DNA of 61,208 nucleotides, the filler included, from Basidiobolus ranarum (Eukaryota): the NCBI GenBank assembly GCA_040143965.1. It is 6 parts of 6 records of this genome, joined end to end, with 100 filler letters (N's around TTAATTAATTAA, not from the genome) between each part and the next. Parts side by side here need not be neighbours in the genome. Positions count along the whole stretch, not along the records: positions 20,467 to 30,592 come from JASJQH010007613.1; positions 30,693 to 40,806 come from JASJQH010007614.1; 4 more parts are not named here. One strand, given 5' to 3'. Under the pieces are notes generated by a model that had not been told where the DNA came from, made no database searches, and saw only the letters and a program-made list of their open reading frames with translations. A program made the translations under genes and the position numbers. Each line of letters opens with the position of its first letter. The stretch's first letter is position 1. Positions 24,168 through 36,324 of this stretch are shown here, one piece after another.

Positions 24168-25059
24168 TTTTTTTGTAGTTGAGTAACTGAAAATAAGATG
24201 AATCATTCCGAGGATCTAATCTCTGGCTTTAAATGTTTCTGCCATAAAAGATTTGACCGAGTTTTTCGGTATCTGAATAAATATCCGATGTAATAATGCA
24301 ATACTATATCAATGACGGATGCTAGAATCGGGAGCAAGCATTCTAGTTCCATGTGATGTCATAAGATCGGCATTAGGTAATTAGAAAAATACAGATAATG
24401 GGCTTGTTGACTCTAAATGGGTTAGTTTTATACTAGTCGCATCGCTAGTGTGCTTTTTACGGCTAAAACTGCTACAGTTTGTATTATACCTATCATTCAA
24501 AAGTAAATGAGTTGACTCAAATAGAAATACCATGCTCCATTTAGTGCATAGTAGCAGTAGTGAAGAATATACCTGCACTGGGGGCGGGGAGTAGCGTAGT
24601 TCACTTGAGGATGATTATACTATTCCGTAAGTACTGTTTCATTGCGCTAATTTAGTATTTCATTCTCAGTCCCGGGCTATAATCGAAATTACTCAAGTAT
24701 GTCAGTCGCTTACGCAATAAATGTCACTTCAATTGCATGCGGAAGCCTCACAACTCGACTCATAATTCCGATTAACACATGTTTTGTGAGCAAATGGATT
24801 AACAACGATATTCGGATCATCTGATTTGTTCTACTCGCTGCCTCTTCTATCCACCTCAATGCGAGCATCATGATGTTCACTGATATAGCTACGTATGTTC
24901 CGGGTGTGCCACTAATAGGGCAATATTGTGTATACACATTGGCCACTATGTCATTCATACTTTTAAGAGCAGCTGGATAATTGAGGTGCTGGATTGTGAC
25001 TAAATGTTACAGCTTTGTAATTCAATTTATCTCAAGAATTGTGTAGATAATTGCAATAC

Positions 25060-25200
25060 ACTTTAAGCGTCAGTTTAATGACAACTCTTCTTAGGGTCTG
25101 ACCGCACGTAATTTAATCGGATACAGATTTACTTTGCCATCGGAGTTACATGCAATAGTAATAGAAAGTCCTGTGTATTTGATTTAGGAAAGGTTGGTAA
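25060..25200 (+). pseudogene. Heavily decayed family A relic (3' part)
   Basis: gatttactttgccatcggagttac (~25126-25149) matches family A gatttactttgctatcggagttac; gatttaggaaaggttggtaa (25181-25200) matches the family A terminus gatttagtaaaggttggtaa. The 5' limit is uncertain. Confidence 0.7.
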
Positions 25201-25845
25201 ATGTATTCTGAATTTTTGCCCGTGGTATGATGCTGTATTCTTACCATAAAGTATGTAGTGATTCTATTCTAGATTCAAATCGGATACTAGAATAAGAGGT
25301 GAATATTCTAGTTCGACATGATGTCATACGATCTGCATTAGTCAATGACACAAATACTGAAAATGATTTCTGTTGAATCGAAGTGAACTGTGCCACTCCC
25401 CTCATGTGCTTGCTAATCCATTTAAAGATGATTATACTATTCGGTAAATGATTCTCCATTCCGCTTATTTAGTACTTCATTCCCAGTTGATGGATTATTG
25501 CCGAAACTACCTAAAGAGTTTAATCAATTACGTAATACATATGATGACTTTAGGATTCGCTTCATTATTCAATCTGATTAACACAACCTTCACGGATAAA
25601 TAAATTTAGCTCAGGGAAGACATTCGGATCATTAGAATTATTCTGTTTGTGACTTTTATGGTACACAGCAATGTAATCGTTAGAATAGAAGCCAATTTGG
25701 CTACGAATATTTCATGTGCATCATCAGAATACCATTCGAGTACCAGTTGAAAAGTAGTTAAAAAGAATAGATCTCCCTTCAATAGAGAAGCATAATCCCG
25801 AGAATACTCAAAATATTGTGCACATTTCCAAACCAACTACTTAAC

Positions 25846-26301
25846 ATGGACGCTACCAATCCAATGTATGCCTCTCTACGCTCTGCTGACAATACCAATG
25901 TTCGCAGTTCGTTCATTGCGCTCTTCACTTTCTGGATCATCTGGGCTTTGCTGCTCCTTGCTGACCATGGAATGGGACTCATGACACATGATGATACTGC
26001 TGTTACCAGCACAATCGCTACCACAAAGCGCTTCACTGGATCTAGAAGTAACGTCACTCGCGCTCAAAAGGTTGCACGTAACCTATTTATCACTATGCTC
26101 TGGATGTTGACAGCCAGTACTCTTGGCCTTGGACTCACCCGTGGCTCAATGATTCTGACATGGATTTACTTTGCTATCGGAGTTACCTGGGTAGCAGTAG
26201 ATCTAGTAATAGCCAATGGTATCGTTGACTCAGTATTTAGCTTAGTGGAGTTCGCATTGGCATTAACGGTTATGAGTATTGGATTTAGCAAGGGCTGGTG
26301 A
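25846..26301 (+). CDS. 4-TM protein family A, copy A3 (151 aa)
   Basis: ATG at 25846 (MDATNPMY...) aligns with A2; complete ORF ending FSKGW-TGA. Confidence 0.9.
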   Translation: MDATNPMYASLRSADNTNVRSSFIALFTFWIIWALLLLADHGMGLMTHDDTAVTSTIATTKRFTGSRSNVTRAQKVARNLFITMLWMLTASTLGLGLTRGSMILTWIYFAIGVTWVAVDLVIANGIVDSVFSLVEFALALTVMSIGFSKGW

Positions 26302-26839
26302 GTATCTTAAGGATACCAGCTATCATCACTACTTTTTAGTATTGCTCAATCTCTCACTTATTTCGCCTGTCTTTAACTCCCAATTACTCTTGTCTCGTAC
26401 ATATATAATAATTCAATAAATGTAAATTTGTCCACTATTTCACAAGCTTTTAATATAGCAAGAACATCGCTTTAATTCCGCCATGAAATTTGAATTTAAT
26501 CTACGATATGTAACAGTTTCAGAATTGACAACTATATATGCTACCAGTAATCACAACGTAAATGTGATGTACATTGTTATCCCGGCAACTTGATAATTAT
26601 AGGTGCCTAAATGTTGGTGGTTTTTCTACGGTTTCCTAGATAAAAAGCTATAAGATGAAGTCCCATATTTCATTATTATAAAAAAAGGAATGAGTTTAAT
26701 CCAATTAAGAAAATAACGTATAAAATTTAATTGAATAATTACGAGGTATATGCAGTTGAACTATAATAAATAAACAAGAATAGAGATATGATTTATACAT
26801 ATAAAATATTGCCAATGATAACTAAAAATACTGTTATCA

Positions 26840-27364
26840 TTACCAGCCAAACTTGAAGGCAATGCCCATAATTGCTAAGGCGAACGCAAATTCCACAACT
26901 CCGAAGCTAATCATAGAAATTGGATGAGATACAACGAACTCAACCCCAATCCATACAATCGCAAAGGAAAAGTATAACCAGGCAACAATCATGGAACCTC
27001 GAGTGATACCATAGCCTAGAGTACTGGCCACCAATACCCAGAGGAAGGTAAGGAACAGATTACGTGCCAATGTCTCAGCTCTTGCTACCTTGGCACCGAA
27101 ATCTGACAAAGTAGTAGCAACAGTGGTGGCAGGAGCGGGTGTTTGACTTTCCACAGCAGGATGAGCTGACTCAGTTGAACCCACCCGCTCACGCATAGCG
27201 GGACCCGTAGTAGTAGCAGTAAGGTTACGGTCGTTCCAAGTGAAGAAGTATTTGGCTAACTGAAGTAGCGCCCATACCATCCACAGGGTCCATAGGGCGA
27301 TGAAACTGTCACGAACGTACTTGTCGTCTTTGCTCCAAAGGTTGTAGTCATCCCAGAAAGCCAT
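26840..27364 (-). CDS. 4-TM protein family B, copy B3 (174 aa)
   Basis: Complete ORF, highly similar to B1, ending KFGW. Confidence 0.9.
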   Translation of the reverse strand: MAFWDDYNLWSKDDKYVRDSFIALWTLWMVWALLQLAKYFFTWNDRNLTATTTGPAMRERVGSTESAHPAVESQTPAPATTVATTLSDFGAKVARAETLARNLFLTFLWVLVASTLGYGITRGSMIVAWLYFSFAIVWIGVEFVVSHPISMISFGVVEFAFALAIMGIAFKFGW

Positions 27365-28148
27365 TTTATTGTATTTCTTTTCTTAGTAGGTGGTAGATTG
27401 GAAGGAGTATTGTACGAATACTATTGCGGTAGAAAAATTGTTGGATTGTAGATGAATCTCAATATTTGGTGAATTACTTGAAATAATTAGTGGCAAAATA
27501 CGGATATTTATACTTGAAAAAACTTATGAACAACGATAAAGAGGCATATATGTTTACTTGTTCTTAGAGTGTCTTTAAGCCATCACTAATTTTGGTAAAT
27601 TGTTTCGGTGTAAATGTCGATCATCCAGTTTCCCGATAAAATCAAAATATTGGATTTAGTCGTAGGTTTACATATTTGAAATATATATCCGTGGACCGGA
27701 ACGAATATCACTCCGACAAGAGGATTAAACTTCTAACCATTTTCCAGTTTATTAATTTTGCCGATTTGATCCGGGGTGATTGAATGTTCACTCATTTTTC
27801 ATAGTAGGCTCGAGATGTTACTTTAACTAGGCCACACAGGAATTTTCTCACCGGATTAAGCAGACTAGATTAGTAATATATTGCTTTCGACCGCTCTTTC
27901 CAATTCACCATTGCTGTTTCAAATGGCAGCGAGTTTAAGACGTAAACTGTAGTTAGGTAGCGTGTTCTGTCAAGGTTTTATGGATATTGATCCTCGTGGT
28001 TTCCAAGTTCAGTTACACTCAAGGACAGTGTCTACATATATATGTACTGTAGCGTTGTAAAACGCATTAAAATTATTTAAATCATTCAAAGTTATCTACA
28101 GAGAAACACGGAATTCCACACTCCTAGGCCATTCTTTAAACGATAACC

Positions 28149-28600
28149 ATGGAGATCTCGAAATAGATTACCACCTCCGCTTTATTGTTAATACCAATGT
28201 CCGTAAGGCATTCATTGCACTATTTACGTTCTGGATCATCTGGGCTTTGCTGCTTCTTGTTGACCATAGAATAGGATTCATAAAACACGACAACGCTCCC
28301 GCTACTAACACAACAGCAACTACTGACCGCTTCACTGGATCCAGAAGCAACGTCACTCGAGCTCAAAAGGTTGCACGTAACCTATTCATCACTATGCTCT
28401 GGATGCTGATAGCGAGTACTCTTGGCCTTGGACTCACCCGTGGCTCAATGATTCTGACATGGATTTACTTTGCTGTCGGAGTCATCTGGATAGTAGTAGA
28501 CCTATTCGTAGCGAATGGCTTCATTGACTCGATATTTGGACTAGTGGAGTTTGTATTAGCATTAGCAGTCATGAGCATTGGATTTAGTAAAGGTTGGTAA
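28149..28600 (+). pseudogene. Family A copy A4 with 5' frameshift
   Basis: ATG GAG ATC TCG AAA TAG stops at codon 6; ATG-to-NTN distance is 41 nt versus 45 nt in A2. The body (LRFIVNTNVRKAFIALFTFW...FSKGW) is intact in another frame with no in-frame upstream ATG. Confidence 0.75.
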
Positions 28601-29299
28601 GTACCTTTACGACCACCATCATCGAATAATCGTATACGAAACTCATGCTTCGATAATATTCGTATACTATGCCTCTAGTATGTAAATTTCTTCGCCATTA
28701 TTTTTTATTTTAATAACAAATTGATCCTTAATGATATTCAGTGTCGATAGTCTGAACTTAATAAATTTCAAAATCCCCATTTGAAATGCACACTCTCTGC
28801 AATGATTCTGATTTGATGCTAGGATAATATTATTGGCAAAATATTAGTAGCCATAGAGTTTCCAATATTCATTCAGGTAGCCATATGACTAACATTGTAG
28901 TCATTCTCATAAGCTTCAACTGATTCTACATATATAGAACGATACGAACTAAGTATATATTTACAGTGAACCTCAACCCGAATCTCATGCAAAGCCACGA
29001 TGTTTATTCTGGTTGTGCAGAATCGGCAGACACTACTCATATTCGTGGATCGCCCGAAAATCTATTCCTACAAATAGGCTTTAATGACAGAATAACCGAT
29101 CTTTTACATTCCCAGAAAATATGGATGCAATGATTAAATAATACTGATGACCAAACAAACCACGTTTGGTTAAACTATTTAGTAAGTGGATGAGACACTA
29201 AATATACTGATTAGGAAACTCTGCAATCCAAATTAGTTCGAGCATCTTCAAGTGGCAATATTTTGAAGCAGTTCTGATTTAAATCCTATCCAAACAAAA

Positions 29300-29722
29300 A
29301 TGTCTTTTTGGGACATCTACGACCTCTGCATCAGGGATGACCACAGCTCCAATTTAATTACTACTGGCTTAGCCATATGTGAGCGTTCATTTGAGTCAGC
29401 CTACTCTACCATCGAGAGTCAAGTAAGCACTCTCGTTGTCACCGCTCCTACTCTGTCAGCTTTCAGCGCCAAGGCAGTAAGAGTTGCAACTCTAGCACAC
29501 ATCCTATTCACCACTGATCTCTGGGTATAGATGATCGAGGTTTTAGTAATATTTGAGGTTCAGTTATCTTTGCTTTATCATGCTTAACTCATAGCTGGAT
29601 CTTCCCCATATGAATCGGAGCTGACGTAGTCTCTTCGCGCCAATTCCAAGGATAAGCTGTGGGGTTATGGAGTTTGCATTGGTCTTAGTAATAATGAATT
29701 TCGCATTTGAAACGGTGGATGA
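29300..29722 (+). pseudogene. Family B degenerate pseudogene (B4)
   Basis: MSFWDIYDLCIRDD, TM1 deleted, ...ESAYSTIESQ...APTLSAFSAKAVRVATLAHILF..LWV*, later GVMEFALVLVIMNFAF; stops and frameshifts. Confidence 0.8.
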
Positions 29723-30469
29723 GCAATATGCTATCTACCCAAGATATCTTACTGAAGTGAATAGTCAAAATAGTGAACTAATTGGCGCTTTACTATGCAT
29801 TAGTTCATACTACAAATATACCGGAAGAGTTGCATTACGCTCCGCTATTTTCCGATCTGCAGAAGGAAACCATACTTCTTTTCTAGTGACACCACTAAAG
29901 CTCATCAACCATGTACTTATTAGTAATACCGATGACGTCGAGATTAGCGGTTAACTCGTGTTTGTAGGGGAATTGAAACTTTGATTTACCGACCATACTG
30001 CGGAGTGGCTTGAATCACGTAAAAGGTAAACACGATTTCGGAGAATAGTCAGCACGGATTCTGGGATAGTAATTTATCCCAATGAACTGAAACCCGAAAC
30101 AAAGCACTCTACTAGTATTAACCTAGCAAGGTAGTTGTTCTCCAACCCAATCCATTACTCAATCTGACTAACAGATTCACTCGTGCATGAACAGATTTGG
30201 TTCAATGAAGGCATTCAGATCGTTGAAATTACTCAGCGTGTGGCCTCTTTTGTACATGTCAATGAAAATATTATAACACCAGCTGATTATTCTATAGAAG
30301 CTTCGAATCAGAAACTAGTAAGGGTAGGAATTCACATCACCAGAATATCATTTGAATATCGCTCACAAAATAAATATAAAAGAGGGATCACGGTTTAATA
30401 GGCCAGCATAATCTTCAAGAACCTTAAAATACTGTACACCAATCCAAATCTACACACAAAATACCTAAC

Positions 30470-30592
30470 ATGGACGCCATCAATCCAATATACGGCCCAT
30501 TACGCTTTGCTGACAATACCAATGTTCGCAGGTCATTCATTGCACTCTTCACCTTCTGGATCATCTGGGCTTTGCTGCTCCTTGCTGACCAT
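30470..30592 (+). CDS. 4-TM protein family A, copy A5 (3'-truncated by contig edge)
   Basis: MDAINPIYGPLRFADNTNVRRSFIALFTFWIIWALLLLADH runs into the linker; TATAAAA at ~30375. Confidence 0.85.
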
Positions 30593-30692
30593 NNNNNNNN
30601 NNNNNNNNNNNNNNNNNNNNNNNNNNNNNNNNNNNNTTAATTAATTAANNNNNNNNNNNNNNNNNNNNNNNNNNNNNNNNNNNNNNNNNNNN
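30593..30692. other. Artificial contig linker
   Basis: N44-TTAATTAATTAA-N44. Confidence 0.98.
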
Positions 30693-32837
30693 GCTTTGGT
30701 ACCAAAATGTACTATCACTCGGATGTGAGTGTGATAATTTAGCACTAACTTGTTTGTTGTAGATGGGTCAATAACAAGATTATCTGAGCTTCATCAGCGT
30801 TACCAAACAGCTTTCGTGAAAACTTAAACTCACACCCTCATACAATTTTAGAAAATATATGCAAATTGCTTAGGCATTCATCTTAAATTCCCAGATTACC
30901 TGGTCATACGTACACAGTTTACTAGATACACCGTCTCAAATTTCGAAGAAGATCCGGCTAAGGATCTGTGACTAAAGTTTATATTCAACGCTGAAATGGA
31001 ATTTGGTAAACTACCTTCAATCCAGAGATTATCATAGAGCGAAGAGTCACACCAATATGCTAGTTCCAGATTCTCTTCCAACGCCACCACTGATTGATGT
31101 TGACCTAGACACTTACGGTACGATAGAACCCTAGATCAACTATTACTCCATATCCAAATAACATGCTATGAATGACCTTGTGACCTCTGTTCGAAGATGA
31201 TACCATTATTTCCAGTAGTGAATTTAAGACTTTTCTCTAAGATACCACTCACAGAATCAATATAAGACCAACTAGTAATTTCATAATGTGCCAGCAGTTG
31301 ATATGGTTTGTCGAGAGAGTGAACAATGTATACTTAGCATCTACACTTTTGTGACAATCGCAGAGGTACTCTTAACAGTTGCAAATCATAATTAAGGTAG
31401 AAAAGTACTTTTGACTATCAACATCAGTACTGTTGATTCACACAATAGAGCCCAAGTAAATCAACACCGAATATAAATAAGCTTGAGTACAAGACAGCAG
31501 TGATAAATTTCTAACCATTCCCTTATTAGATTTGGAGCATTACTTTGTTGAGTTTATTGCTTGACATTTACAACTCCGATGTATAGGTATAAATCTGTTG
31601 TAATCCCTTTACCAACTCAAATCCGGAATATACTTATGATGTCCTTCAACTTTCCTTATTATATTGACCAATTCGTCCAATAACAACCTGAGAATGAAGT
31701 GACCGATTTTAACACAAGAATGAGTAAAATCATGGGTTTACCGTTTAAGTTTTGACTATTATCTCTAATAAGTCTAAACATTTACTAAAACATAAAATTC
31801 GTCCGAAAGATATATCCAAACCGAAGATGTGTAAACTGCCAACTAACACAGATAAGAAAAAGCTCTGTTTCATGATACATTGATTATTCTTCAAAAGTGG
31901 GGGAGTGTCTTTCATGAGCCTGATCGGTAAACCAAAAAGCCACTATTACTTGATTCAAAATTAAATGTAATGTAGAAGAGGACTTTGTTAGATTACAGAC
32001 TATCAAACGTTGGACCGTGATGAAGTTGCCAATATATTTTTTGAAATTGTTCTACAAACTGTTGACGTTAAAAAAAGAAATGTTCACAAGAGTTTATTTT
32101 GTTTGGAGGAGTATACATCCTCACTAAACTTGAGTTTTCATGGGTCTCTATTTTTCTGTAACATTCTAGAGGTAAAAACCGACCAGAATTTGTAAAGATG
32201 TCGCGCTAATTGATCAATATATCAGTTACTAAAGCTGATATTGTATATCCTAATATATTTATTCTATATCGTAAAAATGTCGTGGAGCTCAAATTTGTTT
32301 GGACGTCAATCAAAGCCACGTAGTGTAATTTTTTGAGCGGTCTAGGGAATTATAAAAATTTTATCAAACTTTGCCAAAATACTATAAAAAATAGCGCTTT
32401 CTGATCATATGATTTCACCACAATTTTACCTTCATAATATGACTCAGCATGAGATTTACTCAATTGACAATACTTTAATTTGAATATTCTAATTGGTTCA
32501 CACAAATCAAAAGCAAAACTGGTTTCCAAGTCAAATTTAAGCGAAGTGAATCTTGAATCCCTCCTTGTCTTTAAATACCGCGAGTTCTTCACTGGTCGAA
32601 TAAGAAGTACAGTATAACTAGAAAAATTGGTTTGTTAGATAAGCAAATAACGCGTTGTTTTAAAGACCTCACTACGACAAGCTTTACCACAACTCAGACA
32701 CACGATAACTTGTACTTTTTGTTATGTTATATTCTTTTCATAATGTATTTTGACCCAATCCTGTATATTGAGTAGACTCTTAACGAAAGCCCAATCTCAG
32801 TGACAATCCATCGCCCAAATTTTAAATACATATTGCA

Positions 32838-34255
32838 ATGTCAAACAGTATCGTGGTACGTTGTCGAATATATGTTTACAACTCAATAGCAAGCGATTCT
32901 ATATACTTGTCCAGCTTGGATAAACTATGAAAAGAAGTACAACTAGCAGTTGGCTTTGTGAATGCTACAATTATCACGTTCTGTATTTCCAACTAAAATT
33001 ATCTTGCTAATTAACTCTTTTTGATTACGCGATTAAAGGCCGGTGTCTATAGACACGTTATTGACGAAGTGATAAGTACTGTTCAAAAGGATTTCGAAGA
33101 TATGGGTGTTGATGAGTCGATCCTTCAGGAATTACAGAGGGTACCTTTCAAATTGCTAACCAACTTTACGAAATATCGAATGTAATGCTTTTTGATTTAT
33201 TTTTCAGTCCTGGGAAACCAAAATCGCCAACGCCAGAGTAGCAAATTTCGTGGTTTCAGATCCCCCAGCTGCTGAAGGCTATTCAAATGCTTATTTCGAT
33301 GAGTCTGGTAATCCAGTGAAATACGCTGAACAGTATACACATGCACCTTCCATCGAGGGTCAAGAGGTAGGCAGATGTTAATTGTACACTGAAGGTTCTC
33401 GGAATTTGAATTATTTTTTCATTATAGTACGCGTATGGACAGCAATACCAACAGCAACAATCACATGGTGTAGCTGCTGCTAATTTAGCTACTTTAGCGT
33501 CAGCCAGTAGTGCCCTAAAGCAGGATAATGGTGTGGGTGCACCACAAACCTATATGGTACTGAGCTACGTTCATGAACTATGTAGTTTACGGAGTTAACA
33601 TAATGATTTTTTTACTTACAGCCTCCGCGCCCAGAAGAACAAACGCAGACCTCTCAAGTAGGCCAACAAGCAGCCGCTTCCTACTATAACACTATTATGC
33701 TTCCATCCGATAATAATGGTAGATTATCAACTTATCAATATGCTATTCAGTGATTGTTTGCTAAACTTATCTGGTTACTTATAGGACAAAATTTTAATGC
33801 GAATATCCCTCAAACTGACGGCTCCTCAGACATGACTACGCAAGTAAGTAAATCACATATCTCCATTCCCTCTGTATGCAGTTATTAAATGAATTGTCTA
33901 GGAAATTGATGAACTTTTAGCTTCTCGAGCTCAAGCTAAGTCTTTACGTAAGATTTCTCAAGTTGATGGCGAAGACGATGAAGACGAGGACGAGGATGGC
34001 GATGAGGATGATGAGGCGGAGCCAACTACTCTCCAATACAATTCTGAGGACGCCATTAACTCTGATTTGGATGATACAGATGATGATGATCATGGTGAGG
34101 ATGGTGGTGAAGAGATGGAACATATTGTGCTATGCCAATATGATAAAGTCACTCGCACAAAAAATAAGTGGAAGTGTGTACTCAAAGATGGAATTATGTT
34201 GGTTAACGGAAAAGATTATCTTTTCCACAAGGTGAATGGAGATTTCGAGTGGTAG
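32838..34255 (+). CDS. TOA1: Transcription factor IIA large (alpha/beta) subunit, multi-exon
   Basis: MSNSIV|AGVYRHVIDEVISTVQKDFEDMGVDESILQELQR|SWETKI; acidic region; AINSDLDD; IVLCQYDKVTRTKNKWKCVLKDGIMLVNGKDYLFHKVNGDFEW*. Confidence 0.95.
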
Positions 34256-35087
34256 ATTTTATAGCGGAGAAATCTGATTCAATTGCTTCTTCTACTTCCC
34301 TTCGACATTCAAGTGTCCTTTTCTTGATGTTCTTTGGGGGAGGAGGTTATCTTCACCTCAGTTTGTTTTAGACTTTCTATTTCTTTACTATTCTGCTTCT
34401 AACTCCGGCATCGTCTTCCCGCATTCCCTTTCTGCTTTACATTTCTTTAGTTGGCCTATCTTTTTTTTACATTCTGTATAGTAATAAAAAAACGTGTCTT
34501 CTCCATCTGTATCGCACCATTTATTAATTACTACAATTGATTCGACTATGGGATTTACAATCTATTTTAAATAGACAGCCTTTAAGAAGATACAGAAGTT
34601 CCAATCGAACATGTCGTTATTTGTGTTTAGAATATTTCCAAATCCATGTTTCAATGAATTTGTATCAGTCTTCAATGTATACTCCGCAAAGTCGAGAGCT
34701 GTGTTGCTTACCATACGCGTAGTACCTCATAATCTCTTGAAATCTTGACTTGTATACCCTATACATAGTTGAGTAAAACCTTGTGTCTATAGTAATATTT
34801 TCATGGTCGAATAATAATTTTAGCTATATATCGAGTATCTACAAGTTCAGAAATAAACCAATAGATATCCTTAAAGAATAAAAAAGCCAAGCGAATGGTA
34901 CTTCTCCTGGAAGTTAGAAGACAATTATAAACTACTCAATTGTGTTATTGTATTTATTTTGGCAAGTTGCCCTCGACCATACACACGTCAAGCCAATAGA
35001 ATTTTTGGAGGGAACTATCCTCTCCTCGAGGACAAAGTAAATATATTTAGTTTAATGGTTTTAATATTTTTAGTAACTTTAACATAG

Positions 35088-35399
35088 CTAGAAGATCTCA
35101 GTGTACTTTCTGGTCAGTTCGACGAGAGAATTATAGTTATCCAAGTCGAAGTCTTCTCCGAAACTGGTGGAAGTAAGCTCCTGGACTGAAAGATCTTGTT
35201 GAACAATCCCAATGATCTCAACATATTGTGATGTGAAGGTGGTTCCAGGGTTCAAGCTGACACTAATCTGACCGTGATCTGAAGATTCGATCAACGCGTT
35301 AGGCTCTTGTAGCTGCATTACTTTACCAACAATACGCACAGTAGTATTTATATACTGGCTAAGCATAGATGAGTTGATGCGTGGTGTGGGTTTATCCAT
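35088..35399 (-). CDS. RFA3: Replication protein A 14-kDa subunit (RPA3/Ssb3), 103 aa
   Basis: MDKPTPRINSSMLSQYINTTVRIVGKV...YVEIIGIV...FGEDFDLDNYNSLVEL, OB-fold RPA3 pattern. Confidence 0.92.
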   Translation of the reverse strand: MDKPTPRINSSMLSQYINTTVRIVGKVMQLQEPNALIESSDHGQISVSLNPGTTFTSQYVEIIGIVQQDLSVQELTSTSFGEDFDLDNYNSLVELTRKYTEIF

Positions 35400-35920
35400 A
35401 GTTGTGATTATAACGTTCAGCAAGAAAGGGTAAGGGAATTTCTAATGGCAAGTACACTTTGTATGAGGCATCCAATGTTTTGTTTATCAGTAATGAAATG
35501 GCATCATTGGCCTTGTGAAATTAACTGATGTTTGTTGGATTACGCCACTTGAAGGGTACAAATTATTTGCTGATTGAATGTTCAATCAATAAAACAAAAA
35601 AAAAGACAATTGAGAAAAAGCGCAGATCAACCAATCATCAAGTGAAGCAATTCCACTACGATATGGCAAAATCAAGATGAATACAAAAGGGAAAATAGGA
35701 AGCAGTGAGGTTCTCTCTTTTGACTACATCCAGTTGACAAACTCAACGGTACGTAAAAGATAGTCATTTTAGTAGTTATAGTGATTGTAGTTGTGGTTGA
35801 ACCATGTGTCGAATTTTCAGTTGTTTTGCTGGATGATATCTATTCTACAAACGAATCCATCCATTCGTATTCATTGCACTAATTATATCCCACAACATTT
35901 AATTATTAGTAGTAATCACA

Positions 35921-36324
35921 ATGGCTCAACGTGTCACATACCGTCGTCGTCTTTCTTACAACACCAAGTCCAACCGTGTGAGAATCGTCAAGACTCCCGG
36001 TGGCAAGCTTACTTACTTGCACGAGAAGAAGCCTGGTAGTGCCCCCCGTTGTGGTGATTGTGGCAACGCTCTCTCTGGTGTAAGTGGTGATATGTATTTT
36101 TTGATTCTCCTCGTATTGTACTCATCTGAAATCCATCACTGTAGGTTCCCGCTCTTCGTCCCCGTGAGTATGCCCGTATCTCCAAGCGTCAAAAGACTGT
36201 ACAACGTGCTTACGGCGGCAGTCGTTGCGGTCACTGCGTTCGTGAGCGTATTGTCCGTGCTTTCCTTATTGAGGAGCAAAAGATTGTTAAGAAGGTTATC
36301 AAATCTCAATCTGGCAAAAACTAA
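35921..36324 (+). CDS. RPL34: 60S ribosomal protein eL34; one intron 36080-36144
   Basis: [28 protein letters not shown]...[57 protein letters not shown]. Confidence 0.97.
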
